Below, piece after piece: positions 8,943-19,458 of a stretch of DNA of 64,000 nt (position 1 is its first letter; each line of letters begins with the position of its first letter). This DNA is from a virus. Taxonomy: Duplodnaviria; Caudoviricetes. Location of the stretch: IMG/VR virus record IMGVR_UViG_3300021091_000011; one strand, given 5' to 3'. The position numbers and the translations under genes were made by a program. Below the pieces are notes generated by a model that had not been told where the DNA came from, searched no databases, and worked only from the letters and a program-made list of their open reading frames with translations.

Positions 8943-9698
8943 TCAGACGTAATCTTCGCCCTCAAGCGGGCGCACAGCAAAGACGGCTCGATAATCTCGG
9001 GCGGTCTTGCCATGAATCGAACGCACGGACTTGATCACGCCCTCGTGACGAGTCCCATCGGGCTTCTTGCCGCCTGCGTTCCCCTCATACGTCTCAAACT
9101 TGCCGTCCGGATTTAACGCCGTCGCCGCCAAAGTGACGTGGGCACCGTCGGCATCGCCCTCCGGCCCAATCACGACGATGTCGCCAGGCTGAATACCCGA
9201 CAGCGGGATTCGACGTGCGTTACCCTTCGACCAAACCCAAAGTCGATACGTCGAAGCGATGTGCTTCTTGCGGAGCAGAGGCTTCAGGCCGACCTGCCCA
9301 TAGCACCACGCCGCAAATGCACCGCACCACTCGAACATTCCGTTCTTCGTGTACGGAATGTTCGGTCTCGCAGTAGGCCCAATCTCCGCAGTAGACCAAC
9401 CTAAGCCGGACGCGCCACGGATATACTCGTCGATGCGAGCCGCGCCGTTTTTCGGGCCACCGGAAACAGGCTCCGTCACGCCGCGCATCCACTCGGTATG
9501 CGCGACCTGAATCAGCCGATCCATGCGCGACTGATGAGCGTCGAGCGCCGGAGGCTCGCAAACAAGAGCCTTCTCGTCTACGGGTTCGTCCGGATGGCCG
9601 TTGAGTTTCGCCATCTGGACTTCACGGCCCATACGACGCATCTCGGTCGCAACGGTTTCCGTCAGGGCTTCAAGGGCTAGGGAGATCAGAGGGTTCAA
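8943..9698 (-). CDS. CHAP-domain amidase/peptidase
   Basis: EWCGAFAAWCY (catalytic Cys), HVTLA (His) and TYEGN motifs; TTG start with GGAG. Confidence 0.8.
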   Translation of the reverse strand: MNPLISLALEALTETVATEMRRMGREVQMAKLNGHPDEPVDEKALVCEPPALDAHQSRMDRLIQVAHTEWMRGVTEPVSGGPKNGAARIDEYIRGASGLGWSTAEIGPTARPNIPYTKNGMFEWCGAFAAWCYGQVGLKPLLRKKHIASTYRLWVWSKGNARRIPLSGIQPGDIVVIGPEGDADGAHVTLAATALNPDGKFETYEGNAGGKKPDGTRHEGVIKSVRSIHGKTARDYRAVFAVRPLEGEDYV

Positions 9699-10152
9699 TG
9701 TGAGGTCTCCTGCTGCGTGGGATGTATTTCTCGTAGAAAGAATGGGTCAGCGTGCCGACCAAGTTCTTTCTACCAGCGTGGCAAACAGCCGGATTATCGG
9801 AAGGACCGCAGTAGAAGTAAGCGTCATGTGCCCATGCCGGAACAGGCAGGGAGTCGAAAGTAGCGAGTATGCCGAGTGTCAGGTGATGGGGCTTCCAGAA
9901 TCGAGGCGATTCAGGGCACTTGGTCGCGTAAGCGTTGGGGTAACTCAGCGCGTCAAAGAGCGAATAGCCAAACTTCTTAGAGCGATTCACGGCGGTCTGC
10001 AAAACCACCGCGCCGTCTTGGGAGTCGATGCCGGACTCGCAACGGACTACGTTGGTTGCGAGTTTGATAGTCTTGATCGTGTCAAGCGATTTCGGGATTT
10101 CGGGGATGATGTGGGCTTTTGCTGCCAAAACAAATGCAATGAAAGAGAGCAT
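9670..10152 (-). CDS. Putative SleB/Hydrolase_2-like cell wall hydrolase with N-terminal hydrophobic segment
   Basis: LATNVVRCESG...GAVVLQTAVNR pattern resembles the SleB catalytic helix (Glu). Confidence 0.55.
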   Translation of the reverse strand: MLSFIAFVLAAKAHIIPEIPKSLDTIKTIKLATNVVRCESGIDSQDGAVVLQTAVNRSKKFGYSLFDALSYPNAYATKCPESPRFWKPHHLTLGILATFDSLPVPAWAHDAYFYCGPSDNPAVCHAGRKNLVGTLTHSFYEKYIPRSRRPHIEPSDLPSP

Positions 10153-10312
10153 TTCAGCGTCCTTCGGTTAGGGCGCAAATAAGCGCGAGCACCGTCCAAA
10201 GGATCAGCGCCACGCTAGGCGAGATCAATGGAACGGCTTTACGTCTGATTTCAGGGTCATAACGGCGCACGGAGTAATCTTACCGCGCACTATGTAGGTT
10301 TATGCCCCTTAT

Positions 10313-10588
10313 TTAGTCAAACTGATTTCCACCTTGGGCTGCTTCAAGCAATCCAGAGTATGAAACGTATTGGCCTTCGCCGAAAGCGGGCGGTGCCGCA
10401 CCGACGTCATCGAACGCGCGTGCAAAAATCAGGAATACGGCGAGAATGTCCTGCTTTGAGTAGCCCTCGTCACGAAGGCTATTTACGAATGCCAACGAGT
10501 TCGCGCCAAGTGCCTGCGACAAAAGTTCTTCAGGCGGCAGGTTGTCGACGTACACCTGCCAATCTTCCAACGTGATCGGATATTCCAT
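10313..10588 (-). CDS. Hypothetical protein
   Basis: 91-aa ORF translationally coupled to the helicase stop. Confidence 0.7.
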   Translation of the reverse strand: MEYPITLEDWQVYVDNLPPEELLSQALGANSLAFVNSLRDEGYSKQDILAVFLIFARAFDDVGAAPPAFGEGQYVSYSGLLEAAQGGNQFD

Positions 10589-13500
10589 TATGGGCTCCCT
10601 TGCTTGCCGATTTGCGTGGCGTAAGGTGAAAGCGCACGCTCAAGCATCTTGCGGTCAAGGCTATACGTCCCCGACCGCTGACGCTCGATGTTCGTCCACG
10701 TCTCGCCAAGCACGAACGTCTTGCTGTCCTTGATGATGCTGTCGAACAGCGCGGAGTCCATCTCCTGCATATAGCGGCGAATCAGGTCGAGCGTCATATC
10801 GTCTTTCGCGTTCGCGCGGGGGTTCGAATACACGGTGTCCATCGTGAATTCGGTGACGGGCTGACGCTGACCGGAACGCCACGCACGCGCGGTGCGCTGC
10901 TTCATCGTCTCGCTTGACCACGAATCGCGGTCAAGGTGAACGACCGATGAGAACGCCTGAAGATTCTGGCCGACCGCGTACTTGCCGGACAAGGTCAACG
11001 TGAGAAGCGTGCTATCACGTTGAATCTGCTTCAGGATGACCGTGGCCCATTCAGCGGGCTTGGCCTTCAAGCCCGTATCAGGGTCCGTGTACGCCTTCTG
11101 GCGATAGACCGTTTCCTTGCCCATCGCGTCACGGAAAATGATCTGGTCGCTCAAAGCAAGCGCGTGGGCACGCATCGGGTATGTGTCGACGAAGTTCTGG
11201 AAAGCGCGTTGAACCAGCGGGACAGAATCGCCGAAGAAGATCGTCTTGCTCGTGAGCCTATCACGCAAAATCGAGTTCGCTCGCTCAAGTTTCGGGTTAG
11301 AAGCACCCGGAACAATCTCTTCCGGCACGTCGGAGAGTTTGGTGAGCAACGCGATCAACTTCGCCAACTTGACGCGGGAAGCCTCGATTGCGATGGGCTG
11401 ATTGCTTCGCACGCCCTTATTGGCGACGTTCTTCAGTTCACTAAGCAACTGCCCCATCGTCTGACGATACATAGCCTCCACTTGGGGGTCCATCGTCAAC
11501 GCAGCGGAGGGCGTTACTATGAGTTCGGGCAAGCCCGTCTCATCGCGCGTATCCCGCTTGTCGCCATAGTAGAGGTTACGCTTCACCCACGACCGCATAT
11601 CTTCTTCGAGATCGGGGTCATCCGTCACGCCGACAATACGATTGCCGACTTTCTTAGCGAAGCGGTTGATGAAGAGCCGTTCTTCCGTCCGGCCCTCTCT
11701 CGTGTTCAAATCCACGCCGTTCGTCACGGACGCCATCGTGTAGATATCACGCGGCGTATTGACGATAGGCGACGCAGACAAAATGATCTTGCGATCACAC
11801 TTGACCGCAGTAGCGGCCTTGTATTTCGCTGAAGAACGCTTGATCAAGTGCAAATGCGCTTCGTCGAAGAAGATCGCGGTGTAATCATCACCGTAGGTGG
11901 GGTCGTCCTTGCGGTTCTTCAGGAACATCGCATAGGTCACAACATCGGTGTTCTCAAGGATGTTCGCGGCGTCGTAAGAACCCCTATCGTCGCTCAGATT
12001 CGCCGTGACCTCTTTGGCGAAGTTACCGAGCAAAGACTTCTCGCAGACGAACAAGAAACGCCCGTTGCCGGAGATTTCCTCACCCTGATTCATACGCATT
12101 TGCAGATTGCGAATCGTCGCAATTGCCACGGTCGTTTTTCCCAAGCCCGTGTCTAACGCGCAAACGCCACGGTCGCCATTGGCCTCAAGCCAAGCGAGGG
12201 CCTTCTTTTGGAAGTGCCAAAGGGGTCGGCGCATCCCAAGATCGTCGAAACGTGCAAGGTCCTCGGACTCCGCAGCCTGTTGAGCGCGAAGCAGATCGTC
12301 AAAATATGCCTTGAGGAAACGCGCAGCGGCATTGGACATAGCAACGCCGCCAACGCGCTTCTTGATCGCCGTAAAATCTTTCGCGTCGAATATGAACAGG
12401 TTGCCAAGGTCATTCTTGACCTTGATGATAGTCGGCTGGATTAGCGAGAGTTTGTCAACAGCCTCTCGCGCCGCGCCCTTGATCTTCTTCTCTTTGAGCA
12501 ACACGGGGTCTTTGGGGTCACGCCCACGGGTGCTATGCAAGCGAATCAGGAGTTTCTGCTTGCCCTTGTGCTTGACGAGCGTGATATACGGCTCTTGCTC
12601 GGCGCGAATCAGTTTATCAATCGCGGTGCCCTTGGGATTCTCACGGCGCGTAATGCGCTGCGAGTCCGCATCATAGTAATAGACCGAGCCTTCGATTTGA
12701 CGGCCCGCGACGTTCACTAGATCGGGAAGCGCGAAACCCTTGAAGCGCCCCGACTGCACATAGTCCGTACCGTTGATTTCCACGACGGGGTACAGACGAG
12801 TCAGGGCTGAGTCTTTCAGCGGGTCATCTGTGAGGCTGACGTAACGAATCTGGTCAACCGGAACTTCACTCAAGCGGTCGATCATCTCAGGCGTCAAAGA
12901 ACGCATCGAATTCAAGTCCTTCAGGGACTTAGGATTAATGCGGGCCTCTTCCTGATACTGCTTGTTCGACTCGCGGATTTTGGCGAAATACTCGTCAATC
13001 GGAGTGCGGCTACCGTCAATGTCGTAGACGATGCGCTCACCCGTATCCGCATCTTGGCCGACCATCACGACACGGCCAAAGATGTTGGCTCGCGTCGGCG
13101 TCAGGCCGTCTTTGACGATGCGCGATTCGATCTTAACCGTGAGTTTCTTGATCTGCTCTTGGCTCTTGAGCGTGCGCGCGTATAAATCAGGATCGTCGTA
13201 CTTTAGTTTCTCGACCACTTCTTGCTTCGCCGAAGCCAAACGCAACTGCGGCCAGCGCAGATTCGGAAGGTTCACGAAGGTAACAGAAGTGAACACGCCC
13301 TTGTCAGCCAAATACGCACGAAGCAACTCGGCGTAGTTATTGGCAACCGTGCGCCACATCGTCAGCGGGATGACCGCGTTCGGATTACCGATGCGCCGAA
13401 TCGAGGGCAACAAAACGCGGTACTGCTGCTCGACAATATCGAACAGGTCGTTGCGCTTGATACCCTTAGAAATCAGGGAATACGCGATCCGAAAACGATT

Positions 13501-13713
13501 GGCGAGTTCGCTATCAGGCCCTTCATCTAGGCTTACGTCGAAATCGTCAATGACATCGTCTTCTGAAACCACCGCAACGTACTTTTGCCGCAGGTCCTCG
13601 TAGACCACGAGGATATCGAGCGCGCGGGGGTTCGTACCAACTTCACGGCGCAGCCCGACGAACACGGCGCGGGAAAACGCTGAAGTCAGCGTAGGTACAG
13701 GATTAGGCGTCAT
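10588..13713 (-). CDS. SNF2-family (SF2) helicase/ATPase with long N-terminal extension
   Basis: Motif I ALDTGLGKTT, II FFDEAH, III LSASP, VI QRTARAWRSGQ. Confidence 0.92.
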   Translation of the reverse strand: MTPNPVPTLTSAFSRAVFVGLRREVGTNPRALDILVVYEDLRQKYVAVVSEDDVIDDFDVSLDEGPDSELANRFRIAYSLISKGIKRNDLFDIVEQQYRVLLPSIRRIGNPNAVIPLTMWRTVANNYAELLRAYLADKGVFTSVTFVNLPNLRWPQLRLASAKQEVVEKLKYDDPDLYARTLKSQEQIKKLTVKIESRIVKDGLTPTRANIFGRVVMVGQDADTGERIVYDIDGSRTPIDEYFAKIRESNKQYQEEARINPKSLKDLNSMRSLTPEMIDRLSEVPVDQIRYVSLTDDPLKDSALTRLYPVVEINGTDYVQSGRFKGFALPDLVNVAGRQIEGSVYYYDADSQRITRRENPKGTAIDKLIRAEQEPYITLVKHKGKQKLLIRLHSTRGRDPKDPVLLKEKKIKGAAREAVDKLSLIQPTIIKVKNDLGNLFIFDAKDFTAIKKRVGGVAMSNAAARFLKAYFDDLLRAQQAAESEDLARFDDLGMRRPLWHFQKKALAWLEANGDRGVCALDTGLGKTTVAIATIRNLQMRMNQGEEISGNGRFLFVCEKSLLGNFAKEVTANLSDDRGSYDAANILENTDVVTYAMFLKNRKDDPTYGDDYTAIFFDEAHLHLIKRSSAKYKAATAVKCDRKIILSASPIVNTPRDIYTMASVTNGVDLNTREGRTEERLFINRFAKKVGNRIVGVTDDPDLEEDMRSWVKRNLYYGDKRDTRDETGLPELIVTPSAALTMDPQVEAMYRQTMGQLLSELKNVANKGVRSNQPIAIEASRVKLAKLIALLTKLSDVPEEIVPGASNPKLERANSILRDRLTSKTIFFGDSVPLVQRAFQNFVDTYPMRAHALALSDQIIFRDAMGKETVYRQKAYTDPDTGLKAKPAEWATVILKQIQRDSTLLTLTLSGKYAVGQNLQAFSSVVHLDRDSWSSETMKQRTARAWRSGQRQPVTEFTMDTVYSNPRANAKDDMTLDLIRRYMQEMDSALFDSIIKDSKTFVLGETWTNIERQRSGTYSLDRKMLERALSPYATQIGKQGSP

Positions 13714-14374
13714 AGATCGTTTCGCCCCACTCAGAGTCTAAAGAACCGTAATCAGGACGAAGCGACAAAGGCTGCTCCATGTATTCGCCACGGTCGCGGC
13801 CCTTGTGCTTTTCAGCACGGTCGTACTTGCTCTTGTCCCGATGCGCGCCGCCACCCGAAGGCGGGTTCAGGATCATCGCACGCGCAGCAGGGTCACGCTG
13901 CGGCGGCAACTTGCCTTTGATCTTGACCAAGGATTTACCCGCGACACGCTTCGTGCCACCCTCGGCGTAACCTTGAGCGGCTTCCCACGCCGTAAAGCCG
14001 TCGTCAAAACCGTACTTGGCGAGGCGGTCGTGCAAATGCGGCGGCAAGTCGACGAGCTTCGCCAAATACGCCGAACCCAAGTCGTCCTCGCCGACCACGC
14101 CAAGCCAATAGTCTTTGTTCATCGCGTTGGGCATATCGGCGATGCCGAACAAATACCCATCCGTCGAAACCAGCGCCCAAACCTCGGTGAACGCTGCGGT
14201 CTTGCGACCTTTGCCCGTGAAATAACCTTCAGGCCCACGCTTACAATGGGGGCTACCAGGCTTCTTATACTTGCACCAGCGCGACCATGCAATCGCCCAC
14301 GCTTTAGACTCGGGCATCCCCGCGTCTAAGCCCTCTTGAACGTAGCGTTCAACATCAGCAGGTAAGTTTGGCAT
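13703..14374 (-). CDS. Modular hypothetical protein (three small modules separated by KTA|A and RVA|G)
   Basis: 223-aa ORF coupled to the helicase gene. Confidence 0.75.
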   Translation of the reverse strand: MPNLPADVERYVQEGLDAGMPESKAWAIAWSRWCKYKKPGSPHCKRGPEGYFTGKGRKTAAFTEVWALVSTDGYLFGIADMPNAMNKDYWLGVVGEDDLGSAYLAKLVDLPPHLHDRLAKYGFDDGFTAWEAAQGYAEGGTKRVAGKSLVKIKGKLPPQRDPAARAMILNPPSGGGAHRDKSKYDRAEKHKGRDRGEYMEQPLSLRPDYGSLDSEWGETIYDA

Positions 14375-14415
14375 TTACGGCTCCTGGAATTCGCCTATGT
14401 TCGACAATAGGCAAA

Positions 14416-15237
14416 CTACAACGCCGTGTTCGCTTCCTCGCCGCTCGCCACATCGTTCATCAAGTTCGGGTACGCCGCGAGTGCTTCGGTATTGGACGCA
14501 GCATTGACCGACACGGTGCCGTCCTCAGAGGGCACATGGTAGATCGAATCCACCGTGTAAACGATCTTCGCCACAGTCAGGTCGTCGTCGTAACGGCTCT
14601 CGTCGTAAATCATCGAAGAAACGCCGTAGCCTCGAACAGCCCAACATAAATCGTCCAACTCCTGCTCCAACTGCTCACGCAGGTCGCAGAGTTTCAGAAT
14701 GCGGTGCTCAATCGCGTTGCGCTTGAACTTGATTTCTTTGCTCACCCACTTGCGGGACCGCAGGATCAAATCGCCCGTAGGTCCGTCGGGCGTAATCACG
14801 GGTCCACCGCTTCGGCTAGGCTTGAACTTTTGAATCGTAGAATCAGACGTTGTAGGCGGGCCACCATACGAATAGGCAAATCCCACCGATGTCGAAACGC
14901 CGCCCGAAGGCTGCGAGGATTGACCATCGACGCTATCGGGCAACGCCTTGTCCGGTGACAAGAACATCGAGATATCAAACGGATTGCCGCCCAAAGACAC
15001 ATAGGCCGAAAACAGTTTGCCGAGACTCGTTAAAGGCTCGACGGTGATGCTCAGGCGCGTTTCATTCGTGACGCCGTTCGTAGAACCGTAACGAATCGTC
15101 ACGTCGCCGATTCGACCCATCTCGGCCAGAATCGCCAACTCACGTTTGCTCGCGTCACGCCGTTCGTCAAGGATGAACTTGCGGTACGCACGCCATTGAC
15201 CCTCACGAAATCGTCCTGTCCATGAAAACGAAGGCAT
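14416..15237 (-). CDS. Hypothetical virion-associated protein
   Basis: 273-aa ORF in the late operon, coupled to the upstream gene. Confidence 0.75.
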   Translation of the reverse strand: MPSFSWTGRFREGQWRAYRKFILDERRDASKRELAILAEMGRIGDVTIRYGSTNGVTNETRLSITVEPLTSLGKLFSAYVSLGGNPFDISMFLSPDKALPDSVDGQSSQPSGGVSTSVGFAYSYGGPPTTSDSTIQKFKPSRSGGPVITPDGPTGDLILRSRKWVSKEIKFKRNAIEHRILKLCDLREQLEQELDDLCWAVRGYGVSSMIYDESRYDDDLTVAKIVYTVDSIYHVPSEDGTVSVNAASNTEALAAYPNLMNDVASGEEANTAL

Positions 15238-17624
15238 TAGATCAACCCTAAAAGTTCGAACAGTAAACGATTAGGCCCACCCGCAACGACCACCATGCCC
15301 GCACCAAAAGCATCAGGCCCGTCAGACGGCTTGTTCGTCGAATTCACGAAGTTTGACAATACGCCGTCCGTGCCGTCACCCACGGTGATCAAAGCCGACA
15401 TAGGACTAATCGTGAACGCCGAAAGCGAACGCAATAACGCGCGGATTGTTTCTAGCAACGCCTGAAGTTGATTCAGACGCGCACGAATCGCTTGGATAGC
15501 CGCTTTGATCGAGTCAATAATGGATTGAACAGTCGATAGCGCGCTCGTTAGAAAACCCTCTACTACGTCCAACAGGTCCGTGATAGGCGTTACGTTCTGC
15601 CCGAAAATGCGAATCGCTGTCCAAGAACCGTCATTGGGCGAACGGGCCAGAATGCCCGCTGCGATACGAATGACGTCGGCTGCGGGCACAAGGAGGTTTT
15701 CGTTAATCGCCGTGTTTCGAAAAAACGTGATTTCATCCTCAACATCAAATTGAAGGTCATATAAAACAGGCGAGTTGTCGCAAGAACCCACGCCCATCTC
15801 AAAAGTATCAACGCCTTCGACGACGCCGTTTTTCACCATGAAACCTGGAGCACGGCGCGGTTCAGATATACCGAAATTAGTCGCGCTATCTACTAGCTTA
15901 GGATTCGCCCCCAAGCCTAATGCAGAATCTTTCGACTCTAACAGTTGCAAAAGCGATTGGTCCCGAAACCGATAGTCTAAGATCGGCTGCGCCTGATTTA
16001 TCACTAACGCCGCGAGTTCGTCCGACGGCGGGTTTTTTTGCACCAGATTGGCCGCAATCGCCGTGGACACGCTCAGGACTTCATCACGAAATGCATCGAC
16101 GTTTCTGAACTTCTCTTGGGCTGACGGCGAGGCCAGATTGAACCACTTGTAGCGCACGAGCATTTGGGAGATGAAATCTTCCAGATTTGTCTCGTTGCCA
16201 CTTGCGACGCGATTCACCGCGTAAGTGCTCGATGGTTTCAGATCCATGCGCGCCAAAATCGCAACGGCGACCGCAAGCCGAACCGTGTTGCGATATTCTT
16301 TGACCGCTGCACTCGGAAACGTCACGGACACGGGCGATGACGCGAGGCTGTAAAGATTCGCCCGAAGTTCGCTATTCGCCAAGCCCGTGTTCGCGTCGGG
16401 AAAGAACGTCTTGTTACTGCCAGAGTTTCTGACACCATCGGTCGAGAAGAAGAAAAGCCTAGCCGCTTTTCCATACAGCGGTATCGCATCACCGACATCT
16501 AAAACGCCGACGTTGAGCGTTTCTTCCATCAAGTCCGCTAAATCAGACGCCACGGCGCGCACCCGAATATAATATGAGCGCGTGTCGTCCACGACGCTCG
16601 CACTACCACCCTCAAACGAAGCGTGCTTGGGCAGCATATCCCGAGTAAACGTCGTGGTGAACGTCTGACCGGGCACTAACTTTGGGAACACGCCCGCCTT
16701 GACGTAATAGGCCGAACCCAATAGCAGGTCGTCGCCGTTCACGAGTTCCGAAGGCTTAATCAACGGCGACGTTTGATCGAGCCGGAAACGAAGTTGTTGC
16801 GTGCCCTTTTCGAGACTATCCCAATCTTGGCCCGAGTCGCCCGCACCGCAGACTCCGACACCACCGTAGACGTTCAAGACCTTGTTCGATTGCGGGTCCA
16901 GAGCGAGGTAAGTGCTTTTCGGAGGGTTTGGCGATGCCGAGTTTCCGTCGTCCGCAGTTTGGCTCACAACCTGTAAGCCCGTCGGCACCGTCGAAATCTC
17001 AACGATGAATCCAGCAGGCGCGGGCGCAAGCAAACCACTTACTACGCCCGCCACCTGCGAATACGACCACGTCACCACCAACTCGTCCGAGTCGTTGATT
17101 TCAGCCTTCGGCGCAGTCGGAGGCGGGAAAGACGTCGTGCCCGTTTTGTAAGGGCCAAACAAAGCCAATAGCGACGAAATAGCCTTGATTACTTTGCCGA
17201 TGTCGCCCGACGAAACGTAAAAGAAAACACCCGCCGTAGGCGTATTGGACGAAAAATCAGGACGATTGACGTCCGTGCGGTCCACGAACCGCGCAATCAT
17301 GCGCTGCTCGTAAGCCGAGTACCCGCCGACGACATCGGCAAATAGATTGCTAGGCGTCAATAAGGCGAAGTCACCCGCGATGTAAACGCCCGTGTTCGCC
17401 AAGTCGCTAATCAACGCGCGTAACTCGTCCAACAACGCTTCGACGATTGCCCGAATCGGGTCAATCAGGCCGAAGAGAAGCGATTGCATCACGGACAAAA
17501 CTAAGTCCGCGAGTTCGAGTATCGTAATCCCGAACTCTAGGATGCCGTCGAGCGTGTCTAAAATGCCGCCTAAAAAGGCGTTGGGGTCTAGTGTGAGACT
17601 AAACCCCTGCCACTCATCGGCCAC
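15237..17624 (-). CDS. Large hypothetical structural protein with amphipathic helical termini
   Basis: 795 aa; long amphipathic helices at both ends and a beta-rich middle. Confidence 0.8.
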   Translation of the reverse strand: MADEWQGFSLTLDPNAFLGGILDTLDGILEFGITILELADLVLSVMQSLLFGLIDPIRAIVEALLDELRALISDLANTGVYIAGDFALLTPSNLFADVVGGYSAYEQRMIARFVDRTDVNRPDFSSNTPTAGVFFYVSSGDIGKVIKAISSLLALFGPYKTGTTSFPPPTAPKAEINDSDELVVTWSYSQVAGVVSGLLAPAPAGFIVEISTVPTGLQVVSQTADDGNSASPNPPKSTYLALDPQSNKVLNVYGGVGVCGAGDSGQDWDSLEKGTQQLRFRLDQTSPLIKPSELVNGDDLLLGSAYYVKAGVFPKLVPGQTFTTTFTRDMLPKHASFEGGSASVVDDTRSYYIRVRAVASDLADLMEETLNVGVLDVGDAIPLYGKAARLFFFSTDGVRNSGSNKTFFPDANTGLANSELRANLYSLASSPVSVTFPSAAVKEYRNTVRLAVAVAILARMDLKPSSTYAVNRVASGNETNLEDFISQMLVRYKWFNLASPSAQEKFRNVDAFRDEVLSVSTAIAANLVQKNPPSDELAALVINQAQPILDYRFRDQSLLQLLESKDSALGLGANPKLVDSATNFGISEPRRAPGFMVKNGVVEGVDTFEMGVGSCDNSPVLYDLQFDVEDEITFFRNTAINENLLVPAADVIRIAAGILARSPNDGSWTAIRIFGQNVTPITDLLDVVEGFLTSALSTVQSIIDSIKAAIQAIRARLNQLQALLETIRALLRSLSAFTISPMSALITVGDGTDGVLSNFVNSTNKPSDGPDAFGAGMVVVAGGPNRLLFELLGLI

Positions 17625-17838
17625 GCTTCGCCTCCAACTTATTCAGCGTGAGTTGAAGGTCCGTAATCTTGGCTTTATCCGCATCAATCTGAACCTGAAT
17701 GACCTGCTCTAATCGCTTGAACAGGTTGATCTCAGCGTCCAGACCCGCCTTGCGCTCCGGCTTTTCCTGCCAAGCGTCGAGCGGCACACCTGCTTCTCGC
17801 AAGGCTTTTTCGAGTTCTTCTTTAGTGCGGTACGCCAT
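17614..17838 (-). CDS. Small coiled-coil protein
   Basis: 74 aa, preceded by the late motif at 17854-17867. Confidence 0.7.
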   Translation of the reverse strand: MAYRTKEELEKALREAGVPLDAWQEKPERKAGLDAEINLFKRLEQVIQVQIDADKAKITDLQLTLNKLEAKRGR

Positions 17839-17853
17839 ACATGATCGTACCGC

Positions 17854-17867
17854 GATAGCCGCGTTAG
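17854..17867 (-). promoter_or_regulatory. Putative late promoter CTAACGCGGCTATC
   Basis: Exact motif match 15 nt upstream of the ATG. Confidence 0.6.
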
Positions 17868-18082
17868 GGCGTCGGGCTTGCCTTGACGATCACCTTGACG
17901 GTATCGACGGGCAAGATCACCGTCAGGCTTCGACGGATATCCCAATCCACCGAGAGATACGTCTGCCCATAGGACGAAGAAATCTCCCGCACCTTGCCTC
18001 GCGTGCCAGCGGGGATCGGATCGGGATCGTCGGGCATATCGACGAGTTCAATGGTATCACCAATCGAGATATCCGGTTCCAT
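17864..18082 (-). CDS. DUF4314-like small protein
   Basis: IGDTIELVDMPDDPDPIPAGTRGKV...SVDWD pattern. Confidence 0.7.
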   Translation of the reverse strand: MEPDISIGDTIELVDMPDDPDPIPAGTRGKVREISSSYGQTYLSVDWDIRRSLTVILPVDTVKVIVKASPTP

Positions 18083-18290
18083 GAGGGGTCCACCTTTTCT
18101 TGAAAGTTTCAATGCACCGTTCAGCGTATTCACGGCTTGGCCGAGTACCCAAACAGGGTTCAAAGTCCTCGTCAGCCTTTCCGCATGGGCCTTTTACCGT
18201 GACCCAAGTGTAAAACGCCGAGTTAACTTTGCGACGGTCCCGAATGAGAACCGTGTAGCCGTCGCGCTCTAGCACGGTCCACGGCTTCAT
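18057..18290 (-). CDS. Hypothetical early protein
   Basis: 77-aa ORF coupled to the upstream stop (TGATG). Confidence 0.65.
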   Translation of the reverse strand: MKPWTVLERDGYTVLIRDRRKVNSAFYTWVTVKGPCGKADEDFEPCLGTRPSREYAERCIETFKKRWTPHGTGYLDW

Positions 18291-19078
18291 CAGCCCGCCA
18301 GAGCCTCAAGCGCACTCTCGCGCACCGTCACGTCCGCGTTCGTCGCAGCCGTGACCGCCGCACCACCCGCCTTCAGAATCCAGCCCGCGTTCGGGTCCAA
18401 GCGGTAACTCACGAACCGCGCGACGGGCAGCGTGGCGCGAATCGCGTCCTTTGCGACCGTCTTGGCACCGCTCTTCGTCGCGGGCGCAGGGCCGTTCGCG
18501 GCAGGCGTGATCACCTTGCTCCCGATGCTCAACCCGCTCAGGTTGATCTGACCGTCGATAGGCGCGCGGGCGTCACCCGTGCAGGCTCGGCATCGGCACT
18601 TGTGCGCCGTACCCGCCACACACTTGTAGACCCGCGCACCGCGCACCGTCTCCGACGGGCCGATCAGGTCGTCAATGACCAGCGGCTCGTACACATGGTC
18701 CGTGGTCGCCTCGTTCGTGCCGTTCAGCGTCTCCATGAACGACGCCACCAACTCGTCCCGCGCCGCTTGCGCGTCAGCCAGCGTCACCGCCCGCTCGACC
18801 GCGCTCTTGCCGCGACCGTCCATGCCCGTCTTGCCGTCGATCAGGCGGGCGAGGTCCGCGTCCGTCATGGCGACCACCTTGTCGAGCGACCGCTGGACCA
18901 AGCGGTCGTAGCGGAAGCCCGTCACGATCACGGTCAACACCGTGTCGTCGCCGTACACGACCCCGCCCTTCTCGACGCCCTGCTTCGTCGTCAGGAGAGA
19001 AGTGAAGGTCCCCTTGTTCGCGTTGGCGAGGGCGAGGGCGTTGGCGAGCGAAAGAGCGTTGGAAGAAACCGCGTTCAT
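18290..19078 (-). CDS. Hypothetical early protein
   Basis: Start MNAVSSN with GGAG RBS; high-GC3 codon usage; downstream of the early element at 19131. Confidence 0.85.
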   Translation of the reverse strand: MNAVSSNALSLANALALANANKGTFTSLLTTKQGVEKGGVVYGDDTVLTVIVTGFRYDRLVQRSLDKVVAMTDADLARLIDGKTGMDGRGKSAVERAVTLADAQAARDELVASFMETLNGTNEATTDHVYEPLVIDDLIGPSETVRGARVYKCVAGTAHKCRCRACTGDARAPIDGQINLSGLSIGSKVITPAANGPAPATKSGAKTVAKDAIRATLPVARFVSYRLDPNAGWILKAGGAAVTAATNADVTVRESALEALAG

Positions 19079-19130
19079 AAGGCACTCCAAAAAAGCAGGT
19101 AGAACCGTGAGCGACCGCCTATCGGCCCCT

Positions 19131-19171
19131 CACACCATCCAAACGGTCGGCACCGCCCGAAAAACCGAAAA
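19131..19171 (-). promoter_or_regulatory. Early promoter-like half element
   Basis: CACACCATCCAAACGGT-N11-GAAAAACCGAAAA. Confidence 0.75.
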
Positions 19172-19183
19172 TCGGCAATCGAC

Positions 19184-19426
19184 TCAGAGATTGTTGGCCG
19201 CAGCCTCAATCTCTTCGGTGGGAACGCCGTCCCACGAGCGGCGGGGACGGAACCCCCGCGTCTCCTTGTACGAGTCCTCGTACTCGGAGATAGCGAGGAA
19301 CCGCCGAAGTTCCTCGCCCGAGTGGACCCCCATCGACGCCCAATGCGCCGCGTCCTCGACCATCTTAAAGATGGCGTTGTGCTTGGCGTTGATCTCGGCG
19401 GCGTACTGCGAAGCGGTCATGGTCAT
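19184..19426 (-). CDS. Small early protein
   Basis: MTMTASQYAAEINAKH... with AAGGAG RBS. Confidence 0.8.
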   Translation of the reverse strand: MTMTASQYAAEINAKHNAIFKMVEDAAHWASMGVHSGEELRRFLAISEYEDSYKETRGFRPRRSWDGVPTEEIEAAANNL

Positions 19427-19458
19427 GTTCGTTGCTCCTTGAAAGTGATTCGTTGTGC

